Assembly (NCBI GenBank): GCA_964016885.1
Contig: OZ024741.1
Location: forward strand, 303,304,001-303,368,000
Source: Eledone cirrhosa
Taxonomy: Eukaryota
DNA: 64,000 nucleotides
Direction of reading: 5' to 3'
Shown here: positions 24,766 to 38,190 of the stretch, in pieces
Layout of the letters: each line of letters opens with the position of its first letter
How positions within the stretch are numbered: the stretch's first letter is position 1
Program-made: the position numbers and the translations under genes
The notes under the pieces: generated by a model
What the model was told of the DNA's origin: nothing
Databases searched by the model: none
The model's input: the letters and a program-made list of their open reading frames with translations, nothing else

Positions 24766-24939
24766 TTATTATTATGTAATAAACAACATAAGGCAATTAT
24801 TCCATTTACCAGTGGTTTCTTAAAAGCAAAAGGTTTTGCTTTCAATCCTCAGATTGAAAGCAAAACCTTTTGCTTTTAAGAAACCACTGGTAAATGGAAT
24901 AATTGCCTTATGTTGTTTATTACATAATAATAATAATTA
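24761..24939. repeat. ~180-bp perfect palindrome (loop ctca, 24848-24851) containing the 3' part of an HHR
   Basis: Right arm: aaagcaaa-acc-ttttgcttt..GAAAC cactg GTA aatgg. Confidence 0.9.
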
Positions 24940-25108
24940 AGCTCTGTTGCTTACATAGAGCACTCTTTTTTCCTGGACTTTTCCGATGGAATTACTTCAT
25001 TTACACATATATATATATATATATATATATATGTGTAAATGAAGTAATTCCATCGGAAAAGTCCAGGAAAAAAGAGTGCTCTATGTATGCAACAGAGCTT
25101 AATTATTA
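24931..25108. repeat. Palindrome with a (TA)n centre
   Basis: taattaagctctgttgc...ttcatttacaca (TA)n tgtgtaaatgaa...gcaacagagcttaatta. Confidence 0.9.
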
Positions 25109-25157
25109 ATATATATATATATATATATATATAGAAAGAAAGAGAAGAGAGAGATAT

Positions 25158-25198
<41 letters not shown>

Positions 25199-25199
25199 A

Positions 25200-25320
25200 G
25201 TTATTCCGGGTTCAATCGAAGGTAACCACAGTAAGTAAGGTACTCAATACATAGCAGAGTATAAATGTTCAATATAGAAAAGCTTCTACAGGACTAGTCC
25301 TGTAGAAGCTTTTCTATATT
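25200..25320. repeat. pLTR tail fragment ending in a 50-bp perfect palindrome (25271-25320)
   Basis: aatatagaaaagcttctacaggact|agtcctgtagaagcttttctatatt. Same family as 30390-30520 and 59495-59690. Confidence 0.85.
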
Positions 25321-25444
25321 AAATATATATATATATATAAAGAAAGAGAGAGAGAGATATATTTTTATATTTTTATATATATATATATAAATATATTATA
25401 TATATATATATATATTATATATTATATATATATATTATATGTAT

Positions 25445-25611
<167 letters not shown>

Positions 25612-25718
25612 ATAATAATAAATTTGAAGACTAAAATCCAAAGAGGGCTCGATAAGGATAAATATATATCAAATATATAAGAACCGTAGAGCAAATATTT
25701 ATTAAAATAACAGATTAA

Positions 25719-25769
25719 AGTTTAAGCAAAGAATCGCTGCTTTCACCCTTAACGGGATCTTCTGAAACT
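25719..25769 (-). ncRNA. Type I hammerhead ribozyme motif, variant core CAGAAGA
   Basis: Reverse complement: agttt CAGAAGA tccc-gttaa-gggt GAAAGCA gcgattctt TGCTT aaact. Confidence 0.68.
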
Positions 25770-26568
25770 AACAAAGCCAATCTGTAAACGCAGAAGTGGA
25801 TATTTCAAAAAACGCTACAGAGTTAAGAACAAAGTAAATAAATACAATACAGAAGTAATAGAAATAAATAAATACATACACGCAAACAAATACGTACATA
25901 CACAAGCATACGCAAAACACTTACCATAGGTATACAAAACCACGCACATATAAATATGTGTGTGTGTGTATGCGTGTATACAAATAAATAAATAATTATA
26001 TAAACGTATATAAATAAATAAATACGTATATAACAAGCGCACACACATACCTACATGTAAATACACGAATGTTCGGAGACGTAAGTCAACCAAAACATGA
26101 AGTACACATATACACACACCCAACATACGTCCGAACCTGCATACTCACACAGACGGAAAACTCCCGTATACACATAGCCAAGCCTTATGTACCAGAATAT
26201 ATAAATTTATGCGCCATAACATAAGCAATCAAATATACGTACGAGAAGGTATACGTACCTTCACAAAACATACGGGTAATATATACTTACCTATGCAAAT
26301 AAGTAATGGTATAAACAAAACATATACTTAGCTCCCACATCAAGACGTAAAATATCCACGTATAGATCGTACTATCCGTTAGGGTATAACGTGGGGCTGT
26401 AATACAGGAAGATTTTGTGCCATTTATGTTTACAAGCCGAAATTGCCTCAGATTTTTTGTTTAAGATGTGGTCTGTGGCGTAGAGTATTTCCAGGGCCTC
26501 AGCGGCGCAGAGGTCACATGGTCTTATTTTTGAAATATCCACTTCTGCGTTTACAGATTGACTTTGTT

Positions 26569-26619
26569 AGTTTCAGAAGATCCCGTTAAGGGTGAAAGCA
26601 GCGATTCTTTGCTTAAACT
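26569..26619 (+). ncRNA. Type I hammerhead ribozyme motif, variant core CAGAAGA (inverted partner)
   Basis: Identical fold to 25719-25769. Confidence 0.68.
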
Positions 26620-26720
26620 TTAATCTGTTATTATAATAAATATATATATATATCCACAGTTCAAGAGTAACCAATCTTAAAGAGAGAGATTGAGATAGTA
26701 GAGGAGATATGCTTAACTAA

Positions 26721-26789
<69 letters not shown>

Positions 26790-26927
26790 TGTATATATAT
26801 ACTGTATATATATAGAGAAAGAAAGAGAGAGAGATATCTTTATATATATAACAAAGGAATTGTGGTAAGGAACCAGATGGACCATAACGCACCAGAGTAC
26901 TCAATACTTTGGGTAGTAGAGTGGGAA

Positions 26928-27039
26928 ATAGAAAAAAGTATGACCCCGACGGCAGAGCTCAAGCCGTTTCGACGGCTATTTCTGGACTGGAAATACCCGT
27001 CGAAACGGCTTGAGCTCTGCCGTCGGAGTTATACTTTTT

Positions 27040-27044
<5 letters not shown>
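26928..27044. repeat. Hairpin of the same pLTR-like family as 23224-23339
   Basis: agtatgaccccgacggcagagctcaagccgtttcgacgg...ccgtcgaaacggcttgagctctgccgtcggagttatact. Confidence 0.85.
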
Positions 27045-27077
<33 letters not shown>

Positions 27078-27290
27078 AATATAAATTAGCGAGAATCGTA
27101 TTTCAGCTTAGGAATTAACGAAAAACAATTTCCGAGATGTGTGGCAAGCGCTCAATGATTCAGATGAACCAGAGCTTCAACATACGTTAAGGGCCAAGTA
27201 CACTGAGACGATGGTTAAACAATCATCCGCATAGCCATAAAAACGACCAAGTAATTCGGGTCAAACAAATAAAAATATATGTGATTGGAA

Positions 27291-27366
<76 letters not shown>

Positions 27367-27381
27367 TTTAATATGGAAATT

Positions 27382-27430
27382 GCTTCTACAGGACTAGAAC
27401 TGTTTCATTCGGAGGAAATCATCAGAAAGT
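27382..27430 (-). ncRNA. Type I hammerhead ribozyme motif
   Basis: Reverse complement: acttt CTGATGA tttcctccgaat GAAAC ag-ttctagtc-ct GTA gaagc. Confidence 0.68.
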
Positions 27431-27619
27431 CGACTGTCAATGTAAATTTCTGGTATTTATACATTTTGTCATGGTAACGGAAGGGTAGTGGTTGGGGGGG
27501 GGGGGGTCATGGTAGGATTAAAGGATGGGGATTCTTAGAAAAAACAAAATTTATTTAGAGAAAGAAGTTTAGTGGCAAGTTGCAATTGAAATAAACACTA
27601 CCCTATTCTATAGTACAAC

Positions 27620-27876
27620 TTTAATAAGAATACAATCTGACTCTCTTACTCCACTACACCAAATCTAGCTAGGAACTTAGCCAATATTAATATTACTAAG
27701 TTAAATAAGTCTACTACCTCCGAAACCCATCTCGGCACTGAGGTCCTGTGCAACTGCCACGATAAGGCTGCATGCCCCTTCAGCAATAAATGCCTTACAA
27801 AGGATATTGTATACAAATGTGATGTCATCTCAGGCCCTGATGAAGAGAGAAAGACGTATATCGGGATGACTTATAA
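27620..27876 (+). pseudogene. PLE linker plus GIY-YIG N-terminal fragment (CNC...CP...C type, Naiad-like)
   Basis: FNKNTI*LSYSTTPNLARNLANIN...CNCHDKAACPFSNKCLTKDIVYKCDV...KTYIGMT. Not in the ORF track. Confidence 0.85.
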
Positions 27877-28306
27877 CTTATACTTTACTTTTCTCTACTT
27901 GTATTTTGTTACCTAATTTTAATTTATATTATTTGATGGTTTTTCATATCTTGATTGTTTCCTTAAATTTTCCCCTTTGTGTATTTTATATGTGTTTATA
28001 TATATATATATATATATATACGTATATATGTGTGTATGTGTGCATATGTATGTATGTATATATATGTGTGTATGTGTGTGTGTGTATGTATGTATATGAA
28101 TGTATATGTATGTGTATGTGTATTATATGTATGTATATGTGTATATATATATGTGTGTGTATGTATGTATGTATATATGTGCGATATGTGCGTGTGTATA
28201 TATATATATGTGTGTGTGTATGTAAATATGTGTATATATATGTAAATGTGTGTATATATGTGTGTGTGTATGTATGTATATATATATATGTATATATATG
28301 TGTATA

Positions 28307-28367
<61 letters not shown>

Positions 28368-28560
28368 ATGTATATGTGTGTGTATGTGTATATATATATA
28401 TATGTATGCTTATATATATATATATATATGCAAAAGTTTTATTTAAAATTGTTGGGTTACAACGAGTAAATATTTTATAACTGATATAAAGCACTCAACA
28501 AGTTTTGGAGTAGATATACGATATTAAACAAATGGAAACTATATTTATAAAACCATATTT

Positions 28561-28624
28561 ATTTCATTATACATATTTCAGGGATACCATATTAAAAATA
28601 TGGCATGCCTTCTTCAGATAAAAT
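28561..28624 (-). ncRNA. Type I hammerhead ribozyme motif (inverted partner of 29520-29583)
   Basis: Exact reverse complement of 29520-29583. Confidence 0.78.
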
Positions 28625-29519
28625 ACAATATATAAGCAGTTTTATAAATAAATTTGACGTACCATAAAATATTGATCAACTTCCATTTAAAAAAGTTGGT
28701 TTGGTAGTGAAATGTTTGTAAATATTTAGTGTTAAGCACAGTTAGAAAGAAAGACGTAGAGAAGGAATAAATGTATGTAAAGAAAAACAGAGAGAGATAG
28801 AGAGAGATATGGGAGAGAGAAATAGTGAGGAGGTGAAAAATGAGAGGCAGCTGAGGTAACAGATGAATAATAATAATCATCATACAAATTGAGAGATTTA
28901 GGAGGGAGGGAGTACTGTAATTATTTATTTATTTATTTATTTAGTTGTAGTGTTAAGGAGACGGAGATAAATACAGCGATACTTAGATTAAACTAAACAT
29001 ATGGTCATTATTTTTCACACATTATATATCTATGTCTCATTCATGAATATTGATATTTACAGTATAATACCCAATTCATATGAATTGATAATTCAAAATG
29101 ATGGGACATAACGTAAAGTTGTAAATCTGTCATCCTTCTCTCTAGATATAGCTTTCTTCTCCTCCCTCTATACATGATGTAATCTAAGTATCGCTGTATT
29201 TATCTCCGTCTCCTTAACACTACAACTAAATAAATAAATAAATAAATAATTACAGTACTCCCTCCCTCCTAAATCTCTCAATTTGTATGATTATTATTAT
29301 TCATCTGTTACCTCAGCTGCCTCTCATTTTTCACCTCCTCACTATTTCTCTCTCCCATATCTCTCTCTATCTCTCTCTGTTTTTCTTTACATACATTTAT
29401 TCCTTCTCTACGTCTTTCTTTCTAACTGTTCTTAACACTAAATATTTATAAACATTTCACTACCAAACCAACTTTTTTATGGTACGTCAAATTTATTTAT
29501 AAAACTGCTTATATATTGT

Positions 29520-29583
29520 ATTTTATCTGAAGAAGGCATGCCATATTTTTAATATGGTATCCCTGAAATATGTATAATGAAAT
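29520..29583 (+). ncRNA. Type I hammerhead ribozyme motif
   Basis: attttat CTGAAGA agg-c-atgccatatt-ttt-aatatggtat-c-cct GAAATA tg TATA atgaaat. 7-bp stem I, long stem II, AUA triplet. Confidence 0.78.
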
Positions 29584-29752
29584 AAATATGGTTTTATAAA
29601 TATAGTTTCCATTTGTTTAATATCGTATATATATATATATATATATTTGTGTATAGTGGTAGCTATGGTGCTTCCGTAGGCGGTATGCCAAAATTAGCAC
29701 TCGATATTCATCAGAGTAGAGTGTGATAAAATTTGCTCTGGACATAACACCC

Positions 29753-29841
29753 GTGTCTGAAAGAACCCGCAGAAGTAGAATCAGCCAGATCCATACAAGG
29801 ACCATGACTCGAACTACATGCCGGCGAAACATTTGTAACAC
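29753..29841 (+). ncRNA. Hammerhead-like motif with long stem II; related copy at 55128-55217
   Basis: gtgt CTGAAAGA ...gccggc GAAAC attt GTA acac. The surrounding ~230 bp (29655-29885) match 55035-55258. Confidence 0.55.
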
Positions 29842-30386
29842 AAAATAAACTAAGTCCAGATGCATCACTGATTATTCGTTTTCTTTATAATATATCTATA
29901 TATATATTTGTGTAAGAGTGTGTGTATATATATATGCGTGTATATATGTGTATATATATATGTATATATATATATTAAATGTATATATATGTATATATAT
30001 ATATATATATGTATGTATATGTACGTATATATATACACATGTGTGTATGTGTGTCTGTATATATGTATTTGTATGTGTATATATGTATTTATGTGCGTAT
30101 GTGTGTGTGTGCGCGCACGCGCGTTGCGCGTGTGTTTGGCGTGTGTGCTTGTACTAACCTACCATTTCCACAGTTCGATCAACTACTTGATACCTTTTGT
30201 TCAAAATTGTACTATAGGGTAGTGTTTATTTCAATTGCAACTTGCCACTAAACTTCTTTCTCTAAATAAATTTTGTTTTTTCTAAGAATCCCCATCCTTT
30301 AATCCCACCATGACCTCTACCCCCCACCACTACCCTTCTCTTACCATGACAAAATGTATAAATACCAGAAATTTATATTGATAGTC

Positions 30387-30437
30387 GGCTTTCTGATGAT
30401 TTCTAAAGAATGAAACAGTTCTAGTCCTGTAGAAGCC
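30387..30437 (+). ncRNA. Type I hammerhead ribozyme motif
   Basis: ggcttt CTGATGA tttc-taaa-gaat GAAAC ag-ttctagtc-ct GTA gaagcc. Truncated copy at ~30612-30655. Confidence 0.8.
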
Positions 30438-30672
30438 ATTTCTATATTAAATTACTTTTACTCTGCTATATATTGAGTATCTTACTTACCGTGGTTATCT
30501 CCGATTTAACCCGGGATCTACCTATATATAATATATAATATATATATATATCTATATATATAGTACGTTATTCCGGGTTGAATCGGAGGTAACCACAGTA
30601 AGTAAGGTACTTGATGATTTCTAATGAATGAAACAGTTCTAGTCCTGTAGAATCTCATCTATATTAAAACTA

Positions 30673-30751
<79 letters not shown>

Positions 30752-30795
30752 ATATATATATATATATAATATATATATATATATTATATATATAA

Positions 30796-30922
<127 letters not shown>

Positions 30923-31164
30923 ATATATATATTATATATATAATATATATATATATATAATATATATATATATTATATATATAATATATATATATATATA
31001 TAATATTATATATATATATATACTTAGGTTAATAGGAGTTAGGTATTGTATACCCGTGTCCCATTAAGGTATTGGCAGCATAATAATTAGCTCTATGCTT
31101 TGGAGCAAGCCGTATATATGACAAAGAACACAAGAGCGTCTACAACATCAAAAGATTTTTATTG

Positions 31165-31209
31165 GCTTACAATGTTTCTTCCTTACGTAACCGTAGGATT
31201 CGTCAGAGC
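31165..31209 (-). ncRNA. Minimal type I hammerhead ribozyme motif
   Basis: Reverse complement: gct CTGACGA atcc-tacg-gtta-cgta-aggaa GAAAC att GTA agc, followed by caataaaa. Confidence 0.72.
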
Positions 31210-31519
31210 TATAAAAGGGGTTTGATTGGTGTTATGGACTCTACCAACCAAACATTCAAGAACAAAGAGTAAAGAGAGTAAAGAGCAAAAGCAGGGGACG
31301 ATAAGTCTATATAAGTAGATCCCGAGTTAAATCGGGTAAATATTGCCTATAATTTGACGTTTCTGTTTTTATAAGCCTTGGATTGAAAAATATTCTATAT
31401 TGTCACTTATTTTTCTCTTTCTTTGTAATAAACTGTCTTTTCTGGCGCCGAAGACGCTTTGTCCTCGAGGACGCACCCTAAATTTGAGAAAGAGAGTGAG
31501 AGATATCTTTATAAATATA

Positions 31520-31692
31520 TAGAAGTGGTTACACAACAGTTAGTTCACCATACCGCTCCTCAAGGATCCGCTAAGGTGAAACAATTATTCTCGGTATGGT
31601 GAACTAACTGTTGTGTAACCACTTCTACCTAACTCGTCCCATGGACTGAGTGCTCTACCACTACGGATATTACCTTCCAGTGTTCTGCCACT
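31520..31692. repeat. pLTR-like fragment with a 36-bp inverted repeat (31520-31555 / 31592-31627) around a partial HHR
   Basis: Same family as 51820-51955. Confidence 0.7.
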
Positions 31693-31754
31693 ATATATAT
31701 ATATATATAATGTATATAGATTATATATTATGTATATATATATAATGTATATCT

Positions 31755-32480
31755 ATTATCTACCCCGTAAGGATGAAAGGCAAAGTTAACCTCGGCAGTA
31801 TTTGAACTCAGACCATAAAGGGACATAAATATGCTGGAAAGCATGGCATCCGCCCCTCTACCGATACTGCCAATCCACCGCCCTTATAATATATATAATA
31901 TATATATATATATAATATATATATATATATAATAAACGGACAAAATGAAACGAATTTCATTTCTCACTCACTTATTGTATCGACCCCGTTAGGATGAAGG
32001 GTAAAGCTAACATCGGCGCGTTTTGAACTCAGAACGTAAAGGGCCATACCTATATACATGTCCGATAATTAATATAAGGTGATGGCTATGCAATATTGGT
32101 AGAGCATCGGACAACCGCTGAGGTTAACTTTGCCTTTCATCCTTATGGGGTCGATGAAGTAAAGCCCCAGTAATGCACTGGGATCGATTTAATCGACTTT
32201 CCCCTCCCCTAAAATTGATGGCCTTGTGCCTATAGTAGAAACCATTATTAGTGTCACTGTGAGGGTAGTGAATTGGCAGAATCGGTAGAGCGTCGGGCAC
32301 TCCGTTTCAAGACATAGAGTTACCTCCCTTTACATTATGAGTTCAAATCCTGCCGAGGTTAGCTTTGCCTTTTATCCTTACGGGATCGATAAAATAAAGT
32401 ACCAGTTTCACAATGGGGTCGATTTAATCGACTTTCCCCTCCCCAAAATTGCTGGCCTTTTGTCTATATCAGAAACCATT
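31755..32480. mobile_element. Cluster of dominant-family SINE copies (~31755-31885 -, ~31975-32050 -, ~32080-32245 +, ~32262-32480 +)
   Basis: Shared body gccgaggttaactttgcctttcatcctt...ggggtcgat; B box GAGTTCAAATCC in the fuller copies. Confidence 0.85.
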
Positions 32481-34854
32481 ACTAATATCATTGAGGGCAC
32501 CTTCGACTGTATGTCTTTATATAAAGAATGAATCTCAACCAGTAGAACAGCCTCATAGTGAAATTAACATTTACGTGACTGAGCATCCCTCAGACATGTG
32601 TACAATTAATGAAATTTTCACGGATATTCAACGTGACGCAGCGTCTGTCAAGGTTAATCTTTTAAAGTACAAGTACAGTCGATTCGACGAGCTACCAAAC
32701 TGTTTCACACACATGACATGAGTCGACCCGAGACTAAGTTAAAATTACATTTGCTTCAAGATGCGATGTAGTGAGGGCGAACATTTCATTTATTTGGCCA
32801 TGCTCCGTTCACTTCAGTCTTATAGGTCACATAACAACGGGGTGTTATTATTATTTTTAATTTTTTCCTTACGAATTATTGAACTAAATTTTAATTCACA
32901 CTTAAACGAAGAATATACAAACTGCAATAATGACAAAACGAATTTACGAAAATTGATTATTTTATGAACGAGATTAAGTAGCAAACTGAATGGCAAGGGA
33001 AATAACTCATCTTTCATTATGCCGCTCCTAAACAAAGAATTCGTTTATTAAATCATTAAACTTGTGTTTTATTAATTTTATACGGTTGGAATATAAATAA
33101 AAACATAATTAGAAAATACACAATAATTGAAATAAATAAATGTGTAATTCCAAGTAAATGAGGACTTTGACGATATAATTTTCTTTCGTTAATGCTGGTG
33201 TTTACAGAAATCCCTCGATTACGGTAAACAATGAACAAGGGCAGATAACTCAACTCTTTTCTTTTATAGTAGCTCATGTATGTATTGTCTTTGAAAATAT
33301 ATACATATTTAGTAATAAAATTGTTTGAAACTATATTTTTTTTAATAGAAACATAAAAAAAAACTCATTTGAATAAAACATTTCGATCTAAGGCGATGAA
33401 TATTTTGGCCGATTGCCATACGTTTATTATACTTAACAATAACAATAGCGAGAAAGAACACACATTTTTTATGTAGAAATAAAGCTCGGGAGTTTCAAGA
33501 TGTTTAGCCCCATGGCTTTGCGGAAATGAGAAAAAAGCTTGAAGAAAGAACAGTATGTTGAGTTGCGGGATGAAGTTGGTTAGTTAGGAAATTCTATTTA
33601 AATGCGCGCATGTGATGGAAGAGAAAATACCAGATATAGCAAATAATATAGATTGTTAATATCTTTAGAGCTGCCAGGTAAATATTGTGGAGTTTGAAAT
33701 CTACCGTAGTTATTCGTTAAACGTACTTTTCATTGTTATTTTGAATTTATTCTTACATCAATGTATTTCATTGTTCTTTTACTATATACATTCGTGAAAG
33801 TTAAGCTATCTCACTTGATTTTACTAAAAAATAACGGAAGTGTCCGAAATTTCGATCTATAAATTATGATTTCTAAAGATGAAATTGATTTTGGATGAGA
33901 ACGTATCGGAGGTTGTCTGAAGCGAGTTTGGGGTAAACCTTATCATTTAGAATTTTGGAAAGGTAATAAAGTAACAAACGTTTAATTTGAGTTGCTATAA
34001 AATAAATGATGGATTTGTAACAATATAAGACATCAGTAATTTATTTTAAGGGGTTTAACTCTTAACATCCTATACCACATCGAACTACATTAACAAAGCA
34101 TTCTTGAAAAGTATAAAACAGTACTAATTGCATCACATTAAAAATCCAAGACTTTAATTTAATACAAATTTTTACAGTGATCATTTCACAAGTAAAGTTA
34201 CTATATTTGAATTAACAAACCCAGTTTTTAGATATTTTCTGGAGGCTAAGAGTTTTCTAGAAACTAGATATCATGGTTGTTTCCCTTTGCATACATTGCG
34301 GTATTTAATTTATCCACATCCAAGAGAGGGAAACATTAATCACCCCCACCCGCTTATTAATTTTTCAGATATTTTCCAATCTCCCTTCTCTTATTCCACC
34401 TCCGCTTATCAAATTTTGCTAATCTATCTCCGGTGGAATTTTATTTTAAGTGGTAGCATTCCTGTGACAATTAATTTTCTTTATACATTAAAAAAACGTT
34501 ATACATGACAAAAAAAGAACATTACAAGAAATCCCATATGTTATAAAATAAATAGGATGGGTTGGGGTCTCAATATGTAAACTAAACGACTAATTCTGTC
34601 TTTATTCCCTGTGACCTAGTTTCGGTTGTTGGTAGAATCCACTTACATGATGTCATTAACCCTTTCCGCAAATTTAGTTTTGAAATCCACAATGAAAATT
34701 TGTGAATGATGCTATTGAATATATCGTTGTCGTGTAGGGTGTTTGATTATGTCAGTTTGATAGAAGCCATCTTTTTCATACATGCAGAGGTTGATCTCAA
34801 GTGATCATTCGTTCTTATCTTACACTATATATTAATATTTAATTACGGCCCATT

Positions 34855-36365
34855 ATGGTCTGAGTTCAAATCCCGCCGAGGTTAACTTTGCCTTTCATCC
34901 TTTCGGGGTCGATTAAATAAAGTACCAGTAATGCACTGGGGTACTTGCTGGCCTTGTGCCAAAAGTAGAAACAATTATATATTAATATTTAATTATCTTA
35001 AACATAGATAGAGCGCTGTACCAGTGACAGGATATAAACGAACGACCGTCTCATTAGTTGTCTGATATCATGTCAACTCAATCATTATGTTATAGGTAAG
35101 ATAAAGAACACTTAACCTCTGGTGGAGCTGTAAGTGCACCGTCCTGACACACGGATGTCTTGGGCATTTAAAACTCGGTGGAGCAAATCTCTCTGTATGT
35201 CTGAACGCAGTCGTTTTTTTTTTTTGTTATTGTTTTTTTCAGAAGAAGAACCGACCATCATTGTGGATTGGTACGTTATTCATCTATCAACCTTGAAATA
35301 ATTGTTTCTACTTTAGGCACAAGGCCAGCAAATACCCAGTACATTACTGGTACTTTATTTTATCGACCCCGTAAGGATGAAAGGCAAAGTCAACCTCGGA
35401 GGGATTTGAACTCAGATCGTAAAGGGACGTAACTATGCTGGAAAGCATGGCGTCTGACCCTCTACCGATACTGCCAATCCATGAAATAATGAAAGGCAGG
35501 AGTTGAAATCAGAGAATGCAGTAAGCCGGAACAAATACTAAGGCTTTTTTTAAATCGACGCCTTAACAACTCTGCCAATTCGCCGTCTCCATTATGTTAT
35601 AAAGTGTTAGTAAAGCTACAAATGTAACGTAATCTTATTTTACAAATCCATTCCATGAACTAGCAGTTCAATGTTTGTAAACAATTAATGATAAACGCTC
35701 TTAAGGTGATGTTGTTGCTTATCAGGTCATTAATTATATTCCAGCCATAACCATCCCATATTTTTGTATTAATATATAGATTGTCAAGATTATTTTTAGC
35801 TGGATATGTATGTTTCCTTCCTCTTTTATGACGTTAGAGTATAACCTGAGAGAGACTCGACTGCTGTTTCCACGGATATAGTGACACTTTCACTAAACTC
35901 GCTTATTCAAAACTTTTATTTTAGATAGTTAATACGACAAAAAGAAAATTATGAACATTGAAACATAGGAAATTATGTGACGTCCGAACGAGTATGTCCA
36001 CCTCCAACTAACTTACTCTCCGCCTCTGGGTCCCGCCAAAGGGTGGTGGATTGGCAGTATCGGTAGACCACCGGCATAGATTTACGACCCTTTACATCCC
36101 GAGTTAAAATCCCGCTGGGATTAGCTTTGCCTTTCATCCTTACGGGGTCGATAAAATAAAGTACCAGTAACGCACTGAGGTCGATTTAATCGACTTGTGT
36201 CCCATCCCGAAAATTCTTGACTTTGTTCGTAAATCAGAAACTATTATTAATGGGTTGCCAGAAACGTGAGAGCTATATTTATTCCAGCTTTTTACAATCT
36301 TAGTTCAAATCCTGCCGAGGTCAACTTTTCTGTCTATAATCCAGGGTCGATAAAATAAGGTAGTC
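34855..36365. mobile_element. Dominant-family SINE copies (~34855-34975 +, ~35300-35480 -, ~36045-36245 +, ~36295-36365 +)
   Basis: Same A/B boxes and body as 17629-17810. Confidence 0.85.
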
Positions 36366-36676
36366 ATTTAATTAGTAAGGTCCATGTTATATTTTATCAA
36401 CAATATCTCCCTGTGGGATGTATGGTTTTGTTCTTAACTTCTTTGGTACCAAACTGGCCAAACCCGCCCTGGTTCTATGAAATAGTCACCGATTTTAAAG
36501 GTTTCCAATTTAAACTAAAATCTTCCAACATAATTTTATATGTGAATCTTACATTAAGTTACTCTCTTAGTAATGAAATAATTAATAATTCTAATAAATC
36601 CTTCAAAATTCTTCATTATTTAATTGAAATAGAGTGTATTTCATTAGAAATGTGGTCAAAAAAGAGTTAAGATAGG

Positions 36677-36677
<1 letters not shown>

Positions 36678-36718
<41 letters not shown>

Positions 36719-36789
36719 TATCATCGTCATCATCATCACTATCCCCCTCATCCTCATCATCCTCATCACCATTATCACCCTCATCAGCT

Positions 36790-36849
<60 letters not shown>

Positions 36850-37204
36850 ACAGCAGTAGCAGTAAACCAGTATCTGCGGTTGATTAAATCCATTGTATCC
36901 CACTCCCAAATTTGAGGTCTGTTCATGTAAATCACTATGATTATCAGTAGTAGTAGTAGTAGCAGCAGTATCAGCAGCAGCACCAGTAGTAGTAGTAGTA
37001 GTAGTAGCAGCAGCAGCAGCAGCAGCAGCAGCAAAAGCCGTGGTAGAAGCACCAGTCGTGTTTGTACTAAACAGCAATAAAGACATCTTAAAAGACAATT
37101 GTCTGTCATTTCTTCTACACAAAAAAGGCTCACCATGTCACCATGTAATAGTTTACACCTGCTCGACCGATAAATATATACACAATAGATTTGCATTAAG
37201 AACA

Positions 37205-37302
<98 letters not shown>

Positions 37303-37303
37303 T
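36678..37303. repeat. Trinucleotide microsatellite cluster: (CAT)n, (TAG)n, (CAG)n, (CTA)n, (CAA)n
   Basis: Direct reading. Source of the 289-aa low-complexity ORF. Confidence 0.95.
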
Positions 37304-37325
37304 ATAATAAATAATGATAATAATG

Positions 37326-37677
37326 GTTTCTTTTATTAGCCACAAGGGCCGACATGTAGGGGACAATACAAAGACAGGGACAGTGGGGGTTTACAATAAG
37401 CTCGAGTAAAAGTACAGATGGCAAGACTAATTTAACAATGAAGATATAAAAAATATGAAATAGACTATGCATAAATATAACAAAATAAATTCCCCAATAG
37501 TGGGGTGGACAACCCAGGGGTGACTCAGGTACCTCACCAATCCTGAACCACCCTGTGCTTCTAGAGCACCTGGGGAGAACACCCTTCTCCTCCTCAAATT
37601 AGCCAGCCTATAGGCGCATGGTCAGAGTAGGCCCACTCACACGGGCCATTCTCGCCACATTCATCCACCTTTTAACA
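37326..37677 (-). mobile_element. Short 3' fragment of a Tx1/L1-type LINE related to 1932-2818
   Basis: Shares the 3' terminus gtttcttttatt.gccac.aggg and ggccca.tcacacgggccattctcgccac (the RWVNVARMARVSGP end of ORF2). Confidence 0.75.
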
Positions 37678-37696
37678 AATGATGATAATAATAATA

Positions 37697-37885
37697 ATTG
37701 TTTCTACTTTTGGCACAAGGCCAGCAATTACCCCAGTGCATTACTGGTACTTTATTTTATCGACCCCGTAAGGATGAAAAGCAAAGCTAACCTCGGCGGC
37801 ATTTGAACTCAGAACGTAAAGGGCCATAACTCTATGCTGCAAAGCATGGCTTCTGACGCTCTACCGATACTGCCAATTCACCGCC

Positions 37886-37886
<1 letters not shown>
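37697..37886 (-). mobile_element. tRNA-headed SINE, dominant family, full length
   Basis: Match to 17629-17810. Confidence 0.88.
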
Positions 37887-37937
<51 letters not shown>

Positions 37938-38094
37938 TTGATAATAATAATGATGATGATGATGATGATGATGACTGTGATAGTAATGGCAGAGAAATAC
38001 ACCGAATGCTCGCCTACTTCAGCTTCCCAGCCCTTCAGCTCACCAAAATGTACAATCGTCACTCTTTTTTTTCATTTTTTTCCCCATCCATTTT

Positions 38095-38190
<96 letters not shown>

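Larger units (their letters stand above)
25693..26645 (-). mobile_element. 5'-truncated PLE with inverted pLTR: GIY-YIG C-terminus (26372-26524), 3' UTR, and arms 25693-25812 / 26527-26645
   Basis: The minus frame, absent from the ORF track, reads RPCDLCAAEALEILYATDHILNKKSEAISACKHKWHKIFLYYSPTLYPNG*, matching the C.LC..E...LNK.SE....C.H end of PLE endonucleases. Confidence 0.85.
28514..29630. mobile_element. Nested PLE pLTR remnant with ~450-480-bp inverted arms (28514-28990 / 29180-29630)
   Basis: Nearly identical arms with one small indel and a 190-bp spacer. One HHR per arm. Confidence 0.85.
27366..30520 (+). mobile_element. 5'-truncated PLE with inverted pLTR arms (~27366-27616 / ~30208-30452), interrupted by later insertions
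   Basis: Arms are reverse complements and each has an HHR. A GIY-YIG fragment follows the left arm directly. Confidence 0.78.

Noticed and set aside
27638-27640. In-frame TGA in a Naiad-like fragment as possible selenocysteine
   Set aside because: It falls where K or R is expected (NTIxLSYS), not at a Cys position. No SECIS was seen, and a decay stop is simpler.
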